IMG/VR virus record: IMGVR_UViG_3300044266_000210
Location: 1 to 64,000 of that record
DNA: 64,000 bases
From: a virus
Lineage: Duplodnaviria > Caudoviricetes
Direction: 5' to 3' (one strand)
The position numbers and the translations under genes were made by a program. Within the stretch, counting starts at the first letter, position 1. Each line of letters begins with the position of its first letter. This document shows positions 30,098 to 39,669 of the stretch, piece by piece. The notes beneath the pieces are model-generated. The model did no database searches. It was not told the DNA's origin and saw only the letters and a list, made by a program, of their open reading frames with translations.

Positions 30098-30829
30098 ATG
30101 TCATACATAGTTTACACCAATAGCGGAACAGTACTAACAACAGTAGCAACTGGTAAACTTAATACCAGTACAGTTAGTCTTACACTGGTAGGAAGAAATA
30201 CACCTAACTACGGTCAATATTTTAATCAAAATTTTATTGATCTATTAACAAATTTTGCAAGCCCTAGCTATGTTCCTCCTCAATATCCAATCGAAGGACA
30301 GCTATGGTACGATACAACTAGCCATAGACTAAAAATTTATACGGCAGGCAACGGATTTAAAATCATTAATGCTCCTGTTATATCACCGGCACAACCAGTT
30401 GGCCAAGTACCCGGCGAATTCTGGTATAATCCAACAGAAGAAAGTTTAAATTTTTTAAACAGTGACGGACAGTATGTAATTATTACTACTTTTCCTAAAA
30501 ACGATGTAAGCGGATGGATACATCCAACTAATCCTATATTAGATGCAACAACAAATACAACAAAGGTTAGTTTATTAAAGAGTTACGGAGATATAGTCGG
30601 AGCATTAACCACTGCAGGATTTACAGCAAGTCTCATTGATAGCACTGGAGTTTTTAAAAGAGCCAATACATCATCATTTGAAGTTGTCAGTGGCCTTACT
30701 ATTATTGGAGATATGAAAGTTACAGGAGATCTAGTTGCTGGTAATTTTATTTCTAAGTCTACTTTAAAGTCGGTTGTAGCATCGTCGGTAGATTTTGCAG
30801 ATTTTAAGCAAAGAATAGCATCACTATAA
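30098..30829 (+). CDS. Tail fibre/baseplate-associated protein
   Basis: LTLVGRN..NYG...NQNF..LL.NFA...P.EGQLWYD N-terminal module, shared with the next gene. Confidence 0.6.
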   Translation: MSYIVYTNSGTVLTTVATGKLNTSTVSLTLVGRNTPNYGQYFNQNFIDLLTNFASPSYVPPQYPIEGQLWYDTTSHRLKIYTAGNGFKIINAPVISPAQPVGQVPGEFWYNPTEESLNFLNSDGQYVIITTFPKNDVSGWIHPTNPILDATTNTTKVSLLKSYGDIVGALTTAGFTASLIDSTGVFKRANTSSFEVVSGLTIIGDMKVTGDLVAGNFISKSTLKSVVASSVDFADFKQRIASL

Positions 30830-30838
30830 GAAAAGATT

Positions 30839-32041
30839 ATGCCATACATTTTAAAGAAAACTAACGGACAAACATTAACAACGGTACAAGACGCCAGTGT
30901 AGATAACTCTACAGGCTTGACATTTGTTGGTAGAAATTATAGCGGGTATGGTCAGCCAGTTGAAGAAAATTTTGTAAAGTTATTAGAAAATTTTGCAAAT
31001 ACTACAGCCCCAGCAAAACCGGTACAGGGCCAACTTTGGTTTAACAATGCTCCTAATAGTCGTAGACTTTTAGTTTCTTATGATGGTAAAAGTTTTAGAG
31101 ATGTTTCAAATGTGCCATACAGCACATCTGCTCCAAAGAATGCCACTACTGGTGACCTATGGTGGGATAGTCTAAACAGTCAAATTAAGGTCTATGATAG
31201 TGTAACTGACACCTGGACTGCAAGCCAACCAAACGGCGGCGCAGGAAGTGCATGGGATTTTGGCAGAATTTTAGATAGTGACTTAGTTGAAAGAAATTCC
31301 ATCAAAGCAGTACTAGGTGGTTATACAACTCTTAACATAAGTGCAACGGAATATGTTCCAGACGGCTCTGCAAATTTACCACAGTTTCCAATAGTCAAGA
31401 AAGGAATTACCTTAACAGGTGCAGATCCTGTTACAGGAGTTAGCGCAACATCTACAAGTTCGAATTATATTTTTTGGGGAACAGCAGCCGATGCTCTAAA
31501 GTCCCAACACATTGATATTTCATCTAACACAACTACCGCTACATATTATCTGACATTTGCTACAGGTACAAGCGGCACTCAAACATTATATGCTCGCAGT
31601 AACATAAGTTACAATCCAACTACTGATGTATTAAATGTTACCGCAGCCAGTGCTCTATATGCTGATATTGCAGAACGCTATGAATCAGATGCAGTATATG
31701 AACCTGGAACCGTTTTAATGCTTGGCGGCGAAAAAGAAGTTACTTTAGCCTGCTATAGTGCTACGACAGCAGTCGCAGGAATCGTGAGTACAAAACCTGC
31801 ATATATGTTAAATTCTGAGGCAGGATCCGACGAAACTCACCCCTTTATTGCCTTAAAAGGTCGGGTTCCTTGCAAGATTTGCGGCCCTGTTAAGAAAGGT
31901 GACATACTAGTATCCAGCGGAGATAAGCCTGGATATGCTTGCGTGGCAGATCCAACATACTCAGTTCATCCGGCTGCTATAATAGGAAAAGCCCTCGAAA
32001 ATTTCGAAGGCTCTTTTGGTGTAATTGAAGTTAAGGTTTAA
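30839..32041 (+). CDS. Tail fibre-like protein with C-terminal chaperone/peptidase-G2-like domain
   Basis: Paralogous N-terminal module; C-terminal YADIAERY..PGTV..GIVST.PA..IALKGRVPCK..IGKALE. Confidence 0.65.
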   Translation: MPYILKKTNGQTLTTVQDASVDNSTGLTFVGRNYSGYGQPVEENFVKLLENFANTTAPAKPVQGQLWFNNAPNSRRLLVSYDGKSFRDVSNVPYSTSAPKNATTGDLWWDSLNSQIKVYDSVTDTWTASQPNGGAGSAWDFGRILDSDLVERNSIKAVLGGYTTLNISATEYVPDGSANLPQFPIVKKGITLTGADPVTGVSATSTSSNYIFWGTAADALKSQHIDISSNTTTATYYLTFATGTSGTQTLYARSNISYNPTTDVLNVTAASALYADIAERYESDAVYEPGTVLMLGGEKEVTLACYSATTAVAGIVSTKPAYMLNSEAGSDETHPFIALKGRVPCKICGPVKKGDILVSSGDKPGYACVADPTYSVHPAAIIGKALENFEGSFGVIEVKV

Positions 32042-32919
32042 ATAGCCATTGGTGCTTTAATAGTATCGTGGCTTTCGTAGTCTTCCAACTCAACATCTTC
32101 CATTGTAAATTTATTGATATCTGTTATTGCAGAGTTCAACTTTAATTTTGGCAATGGTAATGGATTTCTTGATAATTGCTCTCGAACCTGATCAAAATGG
32201 TTTTGATAAATGTGTGCATCACCGATGGTAATGATTAAATCACCAACTTCTAATCCACATACCTGGGCAATCATATGTGTGAATAAAGCATAAGATGCAA
32301 TGTTAAATGGCACTCCAAGAAACATGTCTGCACTTCGTTGATACATCTGACAACTAAGTTTACCATTGTTTACATAGAATTGACTCATCATATGACATGG
32401 TGGCAATGCCATTAACTCTAGTTCTCCGGGGTTCCACGCACTAATGATATGTCTGCGACTATAAGGATCTGTTTTGATACCGTTAATTAAATCAGATAAT
32501 TGGTCTAAGTTTTGTAATACAACTTTGTTGATTCGGATAAGCGGCTTGCGCCAACGTCGCCACTGCACTCCGTAGACCCTACCAAGGTCGCCTGGGTGTC
32601 GTCTAAGTCGTTTATTAGCCCAATAATCTGCACTAGCGTTGGCCGTCCATATAGTTGTCTTGCTAGTGTTACGATCTCCATGTAGTATCTCAGCGAGGCG
32701 TCTTTCATCTCCGCTTCCTTCTATAAACCATAACAGTTCGCTAACAACAGCACGCCATGCTAACTTTTTAGTAGTGAGTGCTGGGAATCCTTGTTGTAGA
32801 TTAAACCTAAGTTGCATACCAAAGATACCTCTGGTTCCAACTCCGGTTCGGTCTGGACGATCATCGCCTGATTCTAAAATTTCTTTTAAGGCGCCAAGAT
32901 AAACGGTATCTGCTGTCAT
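32038..32919 (-). CDS. thyA: Thymidylate synthase
   Basis: DRTGVGT, ELLWF, MALPPCH, YQRSADMFLGVPFN, DAHIY; start revised to ATG 32919. Confidence 0.97.
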   Translation of the reverse strand: MTADTVYLGALKEILESGDDRPDRTGVGTRGIFGMQLRFNLQQGFPALTTKKLAWRAVVSELLWFIEGSGDERRLAEILHGDRNTSKTTIWTANASADYWANKRLRRHPGDLGRVYGVQWRRWRKPLIRINKVVLQNLDQLSDLINGIKTDPYSRRHIISAWNPGELELMALPPCHMMSQFYVNNGKLSCQMYQRSADMFLGVPFNIASYALFTHMIAQVCGLEVGDLIITIGDAHIYQNHFDQVREQLSRNPLPLPKLKLNSAITDINKFTMEDVELEDYESHDTIKAPMAI

Positions 32920-33092
32920 TAAATTTTTGTTATTTGTTTTTCGTTGTAGATGTGTAACGCACCTGCAACTTCTGGTACAGTACACTCTACGACTACTCGA
33001 CGCTCGCCTGCAAGCGTATCAAATACTGCAACTACAACACCGGGCCATTTATAACCCGATGTTTTTTCTACTTTATCACCGATACTGAACAT
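32919..33092 (-). CDS. DfrB/R67-like type II dihydrofolate reductase homologue (57 aa, absent from ORF track)
   Basis: MFSIGDKVEKTSGYKWPGVVVAVFDTLAGERRVVVECTVPEVAGALHIYNEKQITKI follows the R67 pattern GDRVRKKSG..W.G..V...VE....G.VQIY; stop/start overlaps on both sides. Confidence 0.75.
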   Translation of the reverse strand: MFSIGDKVEKTSGYKWPGVVVAVFDTLAGERRVVVECTVPEVAGALHIYNEKQITKI

Positions 33093-33751
33093 CAGGCTTC
33101 GGCTCCTTCTTTTTTGGCCTTGGCCTTGGGAGGATCGATAGCATCTGCTTGTTTACGTAATGCTTGTGCCTCTTTAAAGAGCTTATCTGCTTTGCTACGA
33201 AGTTGAGTAGGACTTAGTGTTTCTGTTGACTCAACTGGTGCTTCGTAGTTGACAGAACCGGAAGTTGTACGACCTGGGTCGTCTGCAGGAATTACAGGAG
33301 TATCAAAATTTGTATCTAACTCTGCATTAACTTCTTTGCTAGTCTTTACATTATCTTTGATACTACCGTCTCTGACAGCAAGGTCGTCAACACTTACACC
33401 TCGTTGTTCTGCAATTAGCTGATTTAGTTCGCTTAGAACAACAGTTACATTTGGATTCCCAGTAGGAGTCATTAGAACCATACTGGTAGGAACTTTTTTC
33501 AACATTCCACGAGAATGAAGAGCGTTCAACATTGAACTTCCGTCCTGAAATCTGCGAACAGCTAGGACATCTGCCAGTTCATTTGCTTCTTGGCCGCTAG
33601 GGTCTTGGATGACACTCATTAAAGAGTCGTGCCACGAATCTGGTAAACTGCCTGTGCCTATAACCAGAGCACTACCAGAATCACCTGGCAATGTTCTGTA
33701 GGCTACGGCGACTTTAGCACCGTTGTTTTTCATTTTGCCTACATGCTTCAT
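33092..33751 (-). CDS. Hypothetical protein
   Basis: 219-aa ORF with SD, in operon. Confidence 0.75.
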   Translation of the reverse strand: MKHVGKMKNNGAKVAVAYRTLPGDSGSALVIGTGSLPDSWHDSLMSVIQDPSGQEANELADVLAVRRFQDGSSMLNALHSRGMLKKVPTSMVLMTPTGNPNVTVVLSELNQLIAEQRGVSVDDLAVRDGSIKDNVKTSKEVNAELDTNFDTPVIPADDPGRTTSGSVNYEAPVESTETLSPTQLRSKADKLFKEAQALRKQADAIDPPKAKAKKEGAEA

Positions 33752-33760
33752 ATATTTTCC

Positions 33761-34024
33761 TTATTCGTGTGTTTGTTCTTGCTGATCAGGAACGGGCGGC
33801 GCTGGAGGTGTTACAGCATTAATAAATGCATTTAACCTGTCAAATACTCCGCCTACTCCTGCAACCTCGGCTGCACCAAATGCACCGCGACGAACTGCGG
33901 TATCGATAATAGAACGAATGTTTTGTAGATCAACAATGTTTAATTCTGGTTGTGGAGCCTGTGGAGCTTCAGGTTGTCCGCCAACGTCTTGGCTAACAGT
34001 CTGGGCTTGTTCTTGGTTTTCCAT
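33761..34024 (-). CDS. Hypothetical protein
   Basis: 87-aa ORF with AAGGA SD. Confidence 0.7.
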   Translation of the reverse strand: MENQEQAQTVSQDVGGQPEAPQAPQPELNIVDLQNIRSIIDTAVRRGAFGAAEVAGVGGVFDRLNAFINAVTPPAPPVPDQQEQTHE

Positions 34025-34038
34025 TTTAAATTTCCTTT

Positions 34039-34317
34039 TTATTTTTTATGTACATAAGGGCAACCCAATGTAAGCATAGTAATTTCTCTAGGATCTTCTA
34101 CGCCAATTTCTATCATTTCCACAGTTTTATTATTACTGTCTAAAGATAAAGTCTTGCGGATTGCATACCTACTATTTAAGTGGTAGTTAATCCATTGGTC
34201 TAAATTCTTGAGATCACAAATACCAATTTTAATTTTGGTAAAATGATTGGGGATAAAGCTCAGACGCCTTACCCCCAAGACACTCAACGGGTTTACTTCG
34301 TTTCTACTTAGACTCAT
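34039..34317 (-). CDS. Hypothetical protein
   Basis: 92-aa ORF with ATGA overlap to the upstream gene. Confidence 0.65.
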   Translation of the reverse strand: MSLSRNEVNPLSVLGVRRLSFIPNHFTKIKIGICDLKNLDQWINYHLNSRYAIRKTLSLDSNNKTVEMIEIGVEDPREITMLTLGCPYVHKK

Positions 34318-35576
34318 TTTCCTAGTTCGTAGTGTGCGGTCTGTCCAAAGGGTGCAATAATTTCTTTGTTGCCATGTATAATAAACAGCGTATCGCAGTA
34401 GTCCTCATCACCCCAGCTACCACAAGGGTATCCATCTGTGAACATAATGAATTTTTTGGGTTGAATGTCGTTATCTTTCATGAATTGGAAGTTAACATCA
34501 AAGTCAGTACCACCACCCCCTTGGCAACGATAATCATTAATATCTTCTGCGGTATCACCTGTGAATTGTTGATAGCCATAGACATCTGTATCGAAAGTCC
34601 ACAGATCAAGTTTAAAGTCTTTATACTCTTCCATAATGCCTTTAACTTCGCTTAAGAAGTCTTTAGCCATTGCATCACTAATAGATCCGCTCATGTCAAT
34701 ACAGACACTGACATCAATGGTTTCTTCATTCATCATACCAGGTAAAACAGCACCGCAGTGTTGGCTCTTACGATTGGGACGAGTAAAACTGAAGTTGCTC
34801 TTAAAGATACTTTGGATGTTCATACGCAACATTTGTCGCCAGTCCATCTTAGGCTCAGTAAACGCTTGAATCATTCTTGCAACACCTGCAGGAACTTTAC
34901 CAGCACCTGCGGATTGTGCGGCCGCAACCATTGCTTCTTTGATCTCGTCACGGATCTGTTTCTTTTCCTCAGCAGTTAGCTTAGGGCGCTTGCTCTTGCC
35001 ATCACCGTCTTGTTCATCACCGTCGCCGTCACCTTCGCCATCACCGTCAAGGTGTTCATCCAACAGCTCGCCTAGCTGACTAATGTCAATCTTAACGGCA
35101 TTCTTTTCAATGTCTTCGTAAATTTGTTCGTAGCTCCAACCGCGATATTTGTTGTCTTGGAAAATTTTAATAAAATGCGGCACTTCACCGATACGCTCGT
35201 CTTTAAGGATTTGATTAGCGGCATAGTCAGCGGCAATGTTTGACAACTGTGGATCTCGGCTTTCACGGCGTCCCATGTGATCAAATACATTATGTAAAAC
35301 TTCGTGTGCAAATCCAAATTCGCATTCTTTTGGATTAAGTGCGTGAACAAAATCGTTGTTATAATAGAAGTGGCGACCATCTGTGGCCAATGTACCAATC
35401 CAGTCTGTAGCGTCGACTAGTTTAAGACGAGTAGCCAAATTACCAAAAAAAGGATGTCGCAGTAGAAGGCCAATACGGGCAGTGATTAGTTTCTCAACAA
35501 TCTTATTTTTTTGATCTTGAGTAAATTCTTGTTTGGTTATTTGTTTTTGTTTAGTTGCTGTAGTTGTCTTGCTCAC
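34314..35576 (-). CDS. Metallopeptidase-like plus vWA domain protein (DUF2201-like)
   Basis: HEVLH (HExxH), MIDAS DMSGS, GGGTDF, FTDG; GTG start at 35576 after AGGAG. Confidence 0.85.
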   Translation of the reverse strand: MSKTTTATKQKQITKQEFTQDQKNKIVEKLITARIGLLLRHPFFGNLATRLKLVDATDWIGTLATDGRHFYYNNDFVHALNPKECEFGFAHEVLHNVFDHMGRRESRDPQLSNIAADYAANQILKDERIGEVPHFIKIFQDNKYRGWSYEQIYEDIEKNAVKIDISQLGELLDEHLDGDGEGDGDGDEQDGDGKSKRPKLTAEEKKQIRDEIKEAMVAAAQSAGAGKVPAGVARMIQAFTEPKMDWRQMLRMNIQSIFKSNFSFTRPNRKSQHCGAVLPGMMNEETIDVSVCIDMSGSISDAMAKDFLSEVKGIMEEYKDFKLDLWTFDTDVYGYQQFTGDTAEDINDYRCQGGGGTDFDVNFQFMKDNDIQPKKFIMFTDGYPCGSWGDEDYCDTLFIIHGNKEIIAPFGQTAHYELGK

Positions 35577-35605
35577 AATAAACTCCTGTTTTGTGTATAT
35601 ATACA

Positions 35606-35634
35606 ATTATACACTCAAAATGTAAAAAATGCAA
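35606..35634 (-). promoter_or_regulatory. Sigma70-like promoter
   Basis: TTGCAT-17 nt-TATAAT. Confidence 0.6.
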
Positions 35635-35636
35635 GT

Positions 35637-35658
35637 AAAAAGGCCCCGAAGGGCCTTT
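35637..35658 (-). terminator. Rho-independent terminator
   Basis: GGCCC-TTCG-GGGCC followed by TTTTT on the - strand, right after the ATPase stop. Confidence 0.85.
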
Positions 35659-35660
35659 GG

Positions 35661-36743
35661 TTAACCTTCCATGGCAGTAATAATGTACTTGCCGTACTTG
35701 TCGTGGAAACGATCGAAGTTATTCAATTTGGAAGCATCAAACGGAAGCTGATAGTTAGTCAACGCAACCTTAGCGCCCATAACAACCAATTCAGTTGGGA
35801 AATTATCCATCATGAAGCCAAAGAAGTTATCGGCCATACCGTCCCAATCTTTGACCTTCTTTTCGTAGGCACTTTGAAGTTCGTAACACATACTAACAGT
35901 CAAAGAGTACATGGCGGAGATTTCCTTGATGTCACATTTCTTAACATCGCCTTTAAGGATAGCCTCGGGTTTGGGCATTTGCTTGGCAACTTTGCGGTGA
36001 GCCATAAACTTAACTGCAAGACCTTCACCAATAGCACCTGCAACCAAATCAGTCAAAGTGTTTTCGGGCAAGTCGTCGTCTTGCAAAAGTTCGCTAACAA
36101 ACGACCAAGAACGCGGTGTAGCGAATGCACGGCTCGAACTCTTCGGATCAAAGTCATAAAGATCTTGTTTAGCAAAGCCAACATAACCAACAACCTGCTC
36201 GTGGACTTTATTATTAGTAGCCCATTGGAGCCAATCTTCGTAATCAGTTTTCAGTTCAATGTGAACAAACCGGTTTGCCAACGGAGCAGGCATACGATAA
36301 GTAACGCCCTTGTCGGTTTCACGGTTACCTGCGGCAACAATTGAAACACCTTTGGGCAGTTTGTAAGTACCTACACGGCGGTTAAGGATAAGCTGATAAG
36401 CGGCTGCTTGAGTAGCAGGAGCCGCAGAGTTAAGTTCGTCTAAGAACAAAATTGCGGTGCTGTCTTCGTCTTGCGGAAGCTCAGAAGGCGGAGCCCAGGT
36501 CATGGACTTAGCATCGGAATTGTAATAAGGAATACCCTTAATGTCGGTAGGTTCCCAAAGGCTTAGTCGAACATCAATAACCTCGCGGCCTTGTTCGTCA
36601 CCAATTTGTTTAACAATATCGGATTTACCGATACCTGGAGGACCCCACATAAAAACCGGGCGCTGAATTTTAACACATTTACGAATGCTTCGTTTAGCTT
36701 CGTTAGGAGTAACAGTACGATTGGTAGAAATTTGCTCTGCCAT
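35661..36743 (-). CDS. MoxR-like AAA+ ATPase
   Basis: Walker A GPPGIGKS, Walker B ILFLDE, AAGN, LANRF, TPRSW; paired with the vWA gene. Confidence 0.9.
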   Translation of the reverse strand: MAEQISTNRTVTPNEAKRSIRKCVKIQRPVFMWGPPGIGKSDIVKQIGDEQGREVIDVRLSLWEPTDIKGIPYYNSDAKSMTWAPPSELPQDEDSTAILFLDELNSAAPATQAAAYQLILNRRVGTYKLPKGVSIVAAGNRETDKGVTYRMPAPLANRFVHIELKTDYEDWLQWATNNKVHEQVVGYVGFAKQDLYDFDPKSSSRAFATPRSWSFVSELLQDDDLPENTLTDLVAGAIGEGLAVKFMAHRKVAKQMPKPEAILKGDVKKCDIKEISAMYSLTVSMCYELQSAYEKKVKDWDGMADNFFGFMMDNFPTELVVMGAKVALTNYQLPFDASKLNNFDRFHDKYGKYIITAMEG

Positions 36744-36803
36744 TTTTTGCTCTTTCAAAGTTAAGATTGAAATACTAAAACCTTGTTGCTTCAGTATGTT
36801 ATT

Positions 36804-36832
36804 ATTATACAGTCAATCTTGTGTCTTGTCAA
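36804..36832 (-). promoter_or_regulatory. Consensus sigma70 promoter
   Basis: TTGACA-17 nt-TATAAT, exact. Confidence 0.85.
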
Positions 36833-37220
36833 GTGCTCTGGCTTTTGCTGTAGTAAATTTTTCAATGTTGCCCGAAAACAACACTAATTGTACAGCCATT
36901 TTGTCGCTAAAAACCCAAACTCCTTTGTGGTTTATATGCCACGGACAATCTATATAATTGTCCAACCGGAGTACTAGTTGATTGGTATATTTAAATCCTT
37001 CTCTGGTCTCTTCAAACCGGACAAAATGAGATTTAAAATATTTGGATAAGGTTTCGAACCCTTGTGGTGTAAGACGCATACCACCCGTTTCTTTGTTTCT
37101 AGGGTTTTGCCAAAAAACAGATTGAAGTTTTTTTAGGTGTGGATCGTCAATGGCAAGACCTTCTTGTTCTGCCAAATATTTTGTGATTTCAATCTTTTGG
37201 TTCTTCAAGGAACTTCTCAC
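36813..37220 (-). CDS. Hypothetical protein
   Basis: ORF in operon; start uncertain. Confidence 0.65.
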   Translation of the reverse strand: MRSSLKNQKIEITKYLAEQEGLAIDDPHLKKLQSVFWQNPRNKETGGMRLTPQGFETLSKYFKSHFVRFEETREGFKYTNQLVLRLDNYIDCPWHINHKGVWVFSDKMAVQLVLFSGNIEKFTTAKARALDKTQD

Positions 37221-37488
37221 CTGTTGTAAGTTTAAAAACAGAGAAGTCCGCTGTATTGAATTGTTTATTCAATTTTTCAGCAAGATTAAATGCATGGCCG
37301 CTATTTGAAAAACTAACTTTTTTGTATTTTGGCCCAACTTGTTGTGCCACGATACTGTTTGTTTTTAAATTAATGGGCTTGTCTTTATAAAAAACAGCCC
37401 AAATGGCATCCGCATCTAAAACTTGTTCTGTCTTATATGTTTTCTTATTTGTTATTTCTAACAAAACGGTTGGCTTTGGTCTGCTCAT
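37189..37488 (-). CDS. Hypothetical protein
   Basis: 99-aa ORF with GGAG SD and upstream TAAATA. Confidence 0.75.
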   Translation of the reverse strand: MSRPKPTVLLEITNKKTYKTEQVLDADAIWAVFYKDKPINLKTNSIVAQQVGPKYKKVSFSNSGHAFNLAEKLNKQFNTADFSVFKLTTGEKFLEEPKD

Positions 37489-37525
37489 AATATATACGCT
37501 ACTCCGATAAGTGCGTATATATTTA
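37489..37525 (-). promoter_or_regulatory. Late promoter overlapping an RBS-occluding hairpin
   Basis: 11-bp stem 37489-37499/37513-37523 encloses GGAG and ends at the ATG; TAAATA (37520-37525) overlaps the 5' arm. Confidence 0.6.
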
Positions 37526-37536
37526 CCAAAATTAGA

Positions 37537-37749
37537 TCAAAAAGTTCCGCCGTTAAACTTAACTACAATGTCTTCTTGTGGAGCAGTACCTGTTGGTTCC
37601 CCGGCTAGTCGTGTCATGACAACACTAAGACTATTCTGTAGGTCAGTTACTTCTTTAATAGATAAAGTTAGATTCTTTTGACCAGTTTTAATAGCAACTC
37701 TGGCCTTATTTAAAAAATCTTCAATCGGAAGTGTATTAAGATCGCTCAT
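37537..37749 (-). CDS. Hypothetical protein
   Basis: 70-aa ORF with ATGA overlap. Confidence 0.65.
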   Translation of the reverse strand: MSDLNTLPIEDFLNKARVAIKTGQKNLTLSIKEVTDLQNSLSVVMTRLAGEPTGTAPQEDIVVKFNGGTF

Positions 37750-38222
37750 TCCTTACTCACAATACTTAATTTAACTTTCATTTCGTTTTCTGTTTTAAAC
37801 GGGCCGTAATATGGGTATCTTTGTAGGGTTATTAGTTTAGGGCAAAAACTTGTAGCCCACCCCTTTTTTCTATAGATAATATAATAGCCTGCACAGTATT
37901 GACTTTTACTTTTTGGGCTTTTTGCAAATAAAGGTAGTCGTTCTTTTACACTATACACAGGATCATAAGGTTTGTAACTGCAAGGAAAATCGTAGATCAC
38001 ATAATTTTTATCGCCAGCGTCTTGCGTTTTTTTGCGTACACTTTCTTCGAATAGCTCGATGCCAAGTTGTGTTTTTAATTCAGACAGAGTTTTAAACCCT
38101 ACTGCCTTGCCCTTGTGTATAAAATGATAGCCCTTTTTATCTTTTGTAATCGCACCTATTTTTCTTTGATTTTCAGTTACGACCCATTCTTTATTAGGAA
38201 TTAATACCTTTGCTGTATTCAC
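37746..38222 (-). CDS. Hypothetical protein
   Basis: 158-aa ORF coupled to its neighbours. Confidence 0.7.
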   Translation of the reverse strand: MNTAKVLIPNKEWVVTENQRKIGAITKDKKGYHFIHKGKAVGFKTLSELKTQLGIELFEESVRKKTQDAGDKNYVIYDFPCSYKPYDPVYSVKERLPLFAKSPKSKSQYCAGYYIIYRKKGWATSFCPKLITLQRYPYYGPFKTENEMKVKLSIVSKE

Positions 38223-39211
38223 TGTGTGTACCTCGCATTAAGTGGTTCGGCGTAGCTCTGTACCTGTTCACTGACTTTTTGCAAATCATATTCGGCACAG
38301 AATTTCATTAACCTAATTCCAACCTGTGGAATATTTTTATCTGCTTTCGTAGCAGTTTCGATTGTTTCTTTGATAATGTATTTAATCTCTTCGGGCTGTG
38401 CAGTTAGGTCACATAGCACAACATTTCGATTATAATCATCCAACACACGATGCTCTGTGCCCTCGTGGTCGGTCCAACGCTGAAGCATTAGGTTGTTCCA
38501 TGCCCATCCTTTACTATCTCGGTCGGCATAGGCTTCACGGAGACCAACTTTATTCTTTGTGCCTTTCTCGCGTACTCCCGGATAAGCACTAAAGATGTTG
38601 TCGGAGGTGTCGCCACGCATACACTTCTCAAAGAGTAGCCATTTAGGGTCCGGTGCGCCTTTTGCTTCACCAGTTTTCTTATCAATGACAGGTTTACCTT
38701 TGGCATCAAAATATCCTTCATGTGTCGTTGTAATTTCCATTACGCCATTATATTGTCGAACATTTGGAGCAATGAGCTGTGCGAAGTCGCCGTCTGTTGA
38801 AATGATAACATGGTTGTCATTAGGGTGTGTTTGGATAAACCCAGCAATGAGATCATCTGCTTCTAGTTGTGGATTGTGCAGAACAGTGCAATTAGTTTTA
38901 TTGATAATGAAATCTTTAAACTGATCAAATGTTTCCCAAAACACACGATCTTCTTCGGCCTCGCGAGGGCTCTGCGCGGCCCGAGCGTCGGAGCGGTTCC
39001 TCTTGTAAGGAGCATAATGATCTTTGCGCCAGCTACGACCTTCGAGACAAAATACAATATGGTCTCCGTTAAAGTCTCGCCATGCCTTGCGAATACTACC
39101 AAGTGTTGTATGAATACTCATACCAACCTTGTCTTCTAGACTACCGCGAATAACATGTCGGGCACGGAAAAAGGTGTTTGCAGTATCTACAAGAATATAA
39201 GTTTTAGCCAT
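38219..39211 (-). CDS. 5'-3' exonuclease/flap nuclease (T4 RNase H-like)
   Basis: ILVD, SWRK..YAPYK.NR, EADDLI, STDGDF.QL, GDTSDNI. Confidence 0.92.
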   Translation of the reverse strand: MAKTYILVDTANTFFRARHVIRGSLEDKVGMSIHTTLGSIRKAWRDFNGDHIVFCLEGRSWRKDHYAPYKRNRSDARAAQSPREAEEDRVFWETFDQFKDFIINKTNCTVLHNPQLEADDLIAGFIQTHPNDNHVIISTDGDFAQLIAPNVRQYNGVMEITTTHEGYFDAKGKPVIDKKTGEAKGAPDPKWLLFEKCMRGDTSDNIFSAYPGVREKGTKNKVGLREAYADRDSKGWAWNNLMLQRWTDHEGTEHRVLDDYNRNVVLCDLTAQPEEIKYIIKETIETATKADKNIPQVGIRLMKFCAEYDLQKVSEQVQSYAEPLNARYTQ

Positions 39212-39669
39212 TAGCTGACCTCAGTTCTACCATCATCTCTCAAAGCGCGATTTACATAGCCTGCGCCTCTACGGCTCATGTCAACACCTTCGTCGGCGCC
39301 AACATTACGACAAAGTTCGTTAAACCATTGATCCACAATTTCTTCGTCTGTAGCACCAGTATAACCGGCACCTCTTAATTGTACTACAAAATACTCATTC
39401 CAGTCAAGTTCGAAAAAACCATTTCTTACATTTTCTTTGTTTACATGAGTTTCCAAAACAGCTACCCAGGGTTCTTTCTTTTCTGTGGCCAATTCTTTTG
39501 GACTTAGTTTAGCCAATCGTTCTTGTTCTTTAGCTCTTTCGGCTGCTTCCGTTGCGGCAGTAGCAGTTTGTTTGGCTTCTTCTGCAATTTGTAATGCTTT
39601 TTCGGCATCTGCCTTTGCCTGTGCTTCTACCTTATCTATACCTAATATTTTTTTAAATAGATTTTTCAT
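39211..39669 (-). CDS. Hypothetical protein
   Basis: ORF with probable ATG at 39669 overlapping the upstream stop. Confidence 0.7.
   Translation of the reverse strand: MKNLFKKILGIDKVEAQAKADAEKALQIAEEAKQTATAATEAAERAKEQERLAKLSPKELATEKKEPWVAVLETHVNKENVRNGFFELDWNEYFVVQLRGAGYTGATDEEIVDQWFNELCRNVGADEGVDMSRRGAGYVNRALRDDGRTEVS

Noticed and set aside
32920-32985. N-terminal extension of thymidylate synthase in the ORF track
   Set aside because: It overlaps the DfrB-like ORF in another frame; ATG 32919 fits ThyA length and translational coupling.
35511-36344. 277-aa + strand ORF and the many other short antisense or shifted-frame ORFs
   Set aside because: Shadows of well-supported genes, without motifs or ribosome-binding sites.
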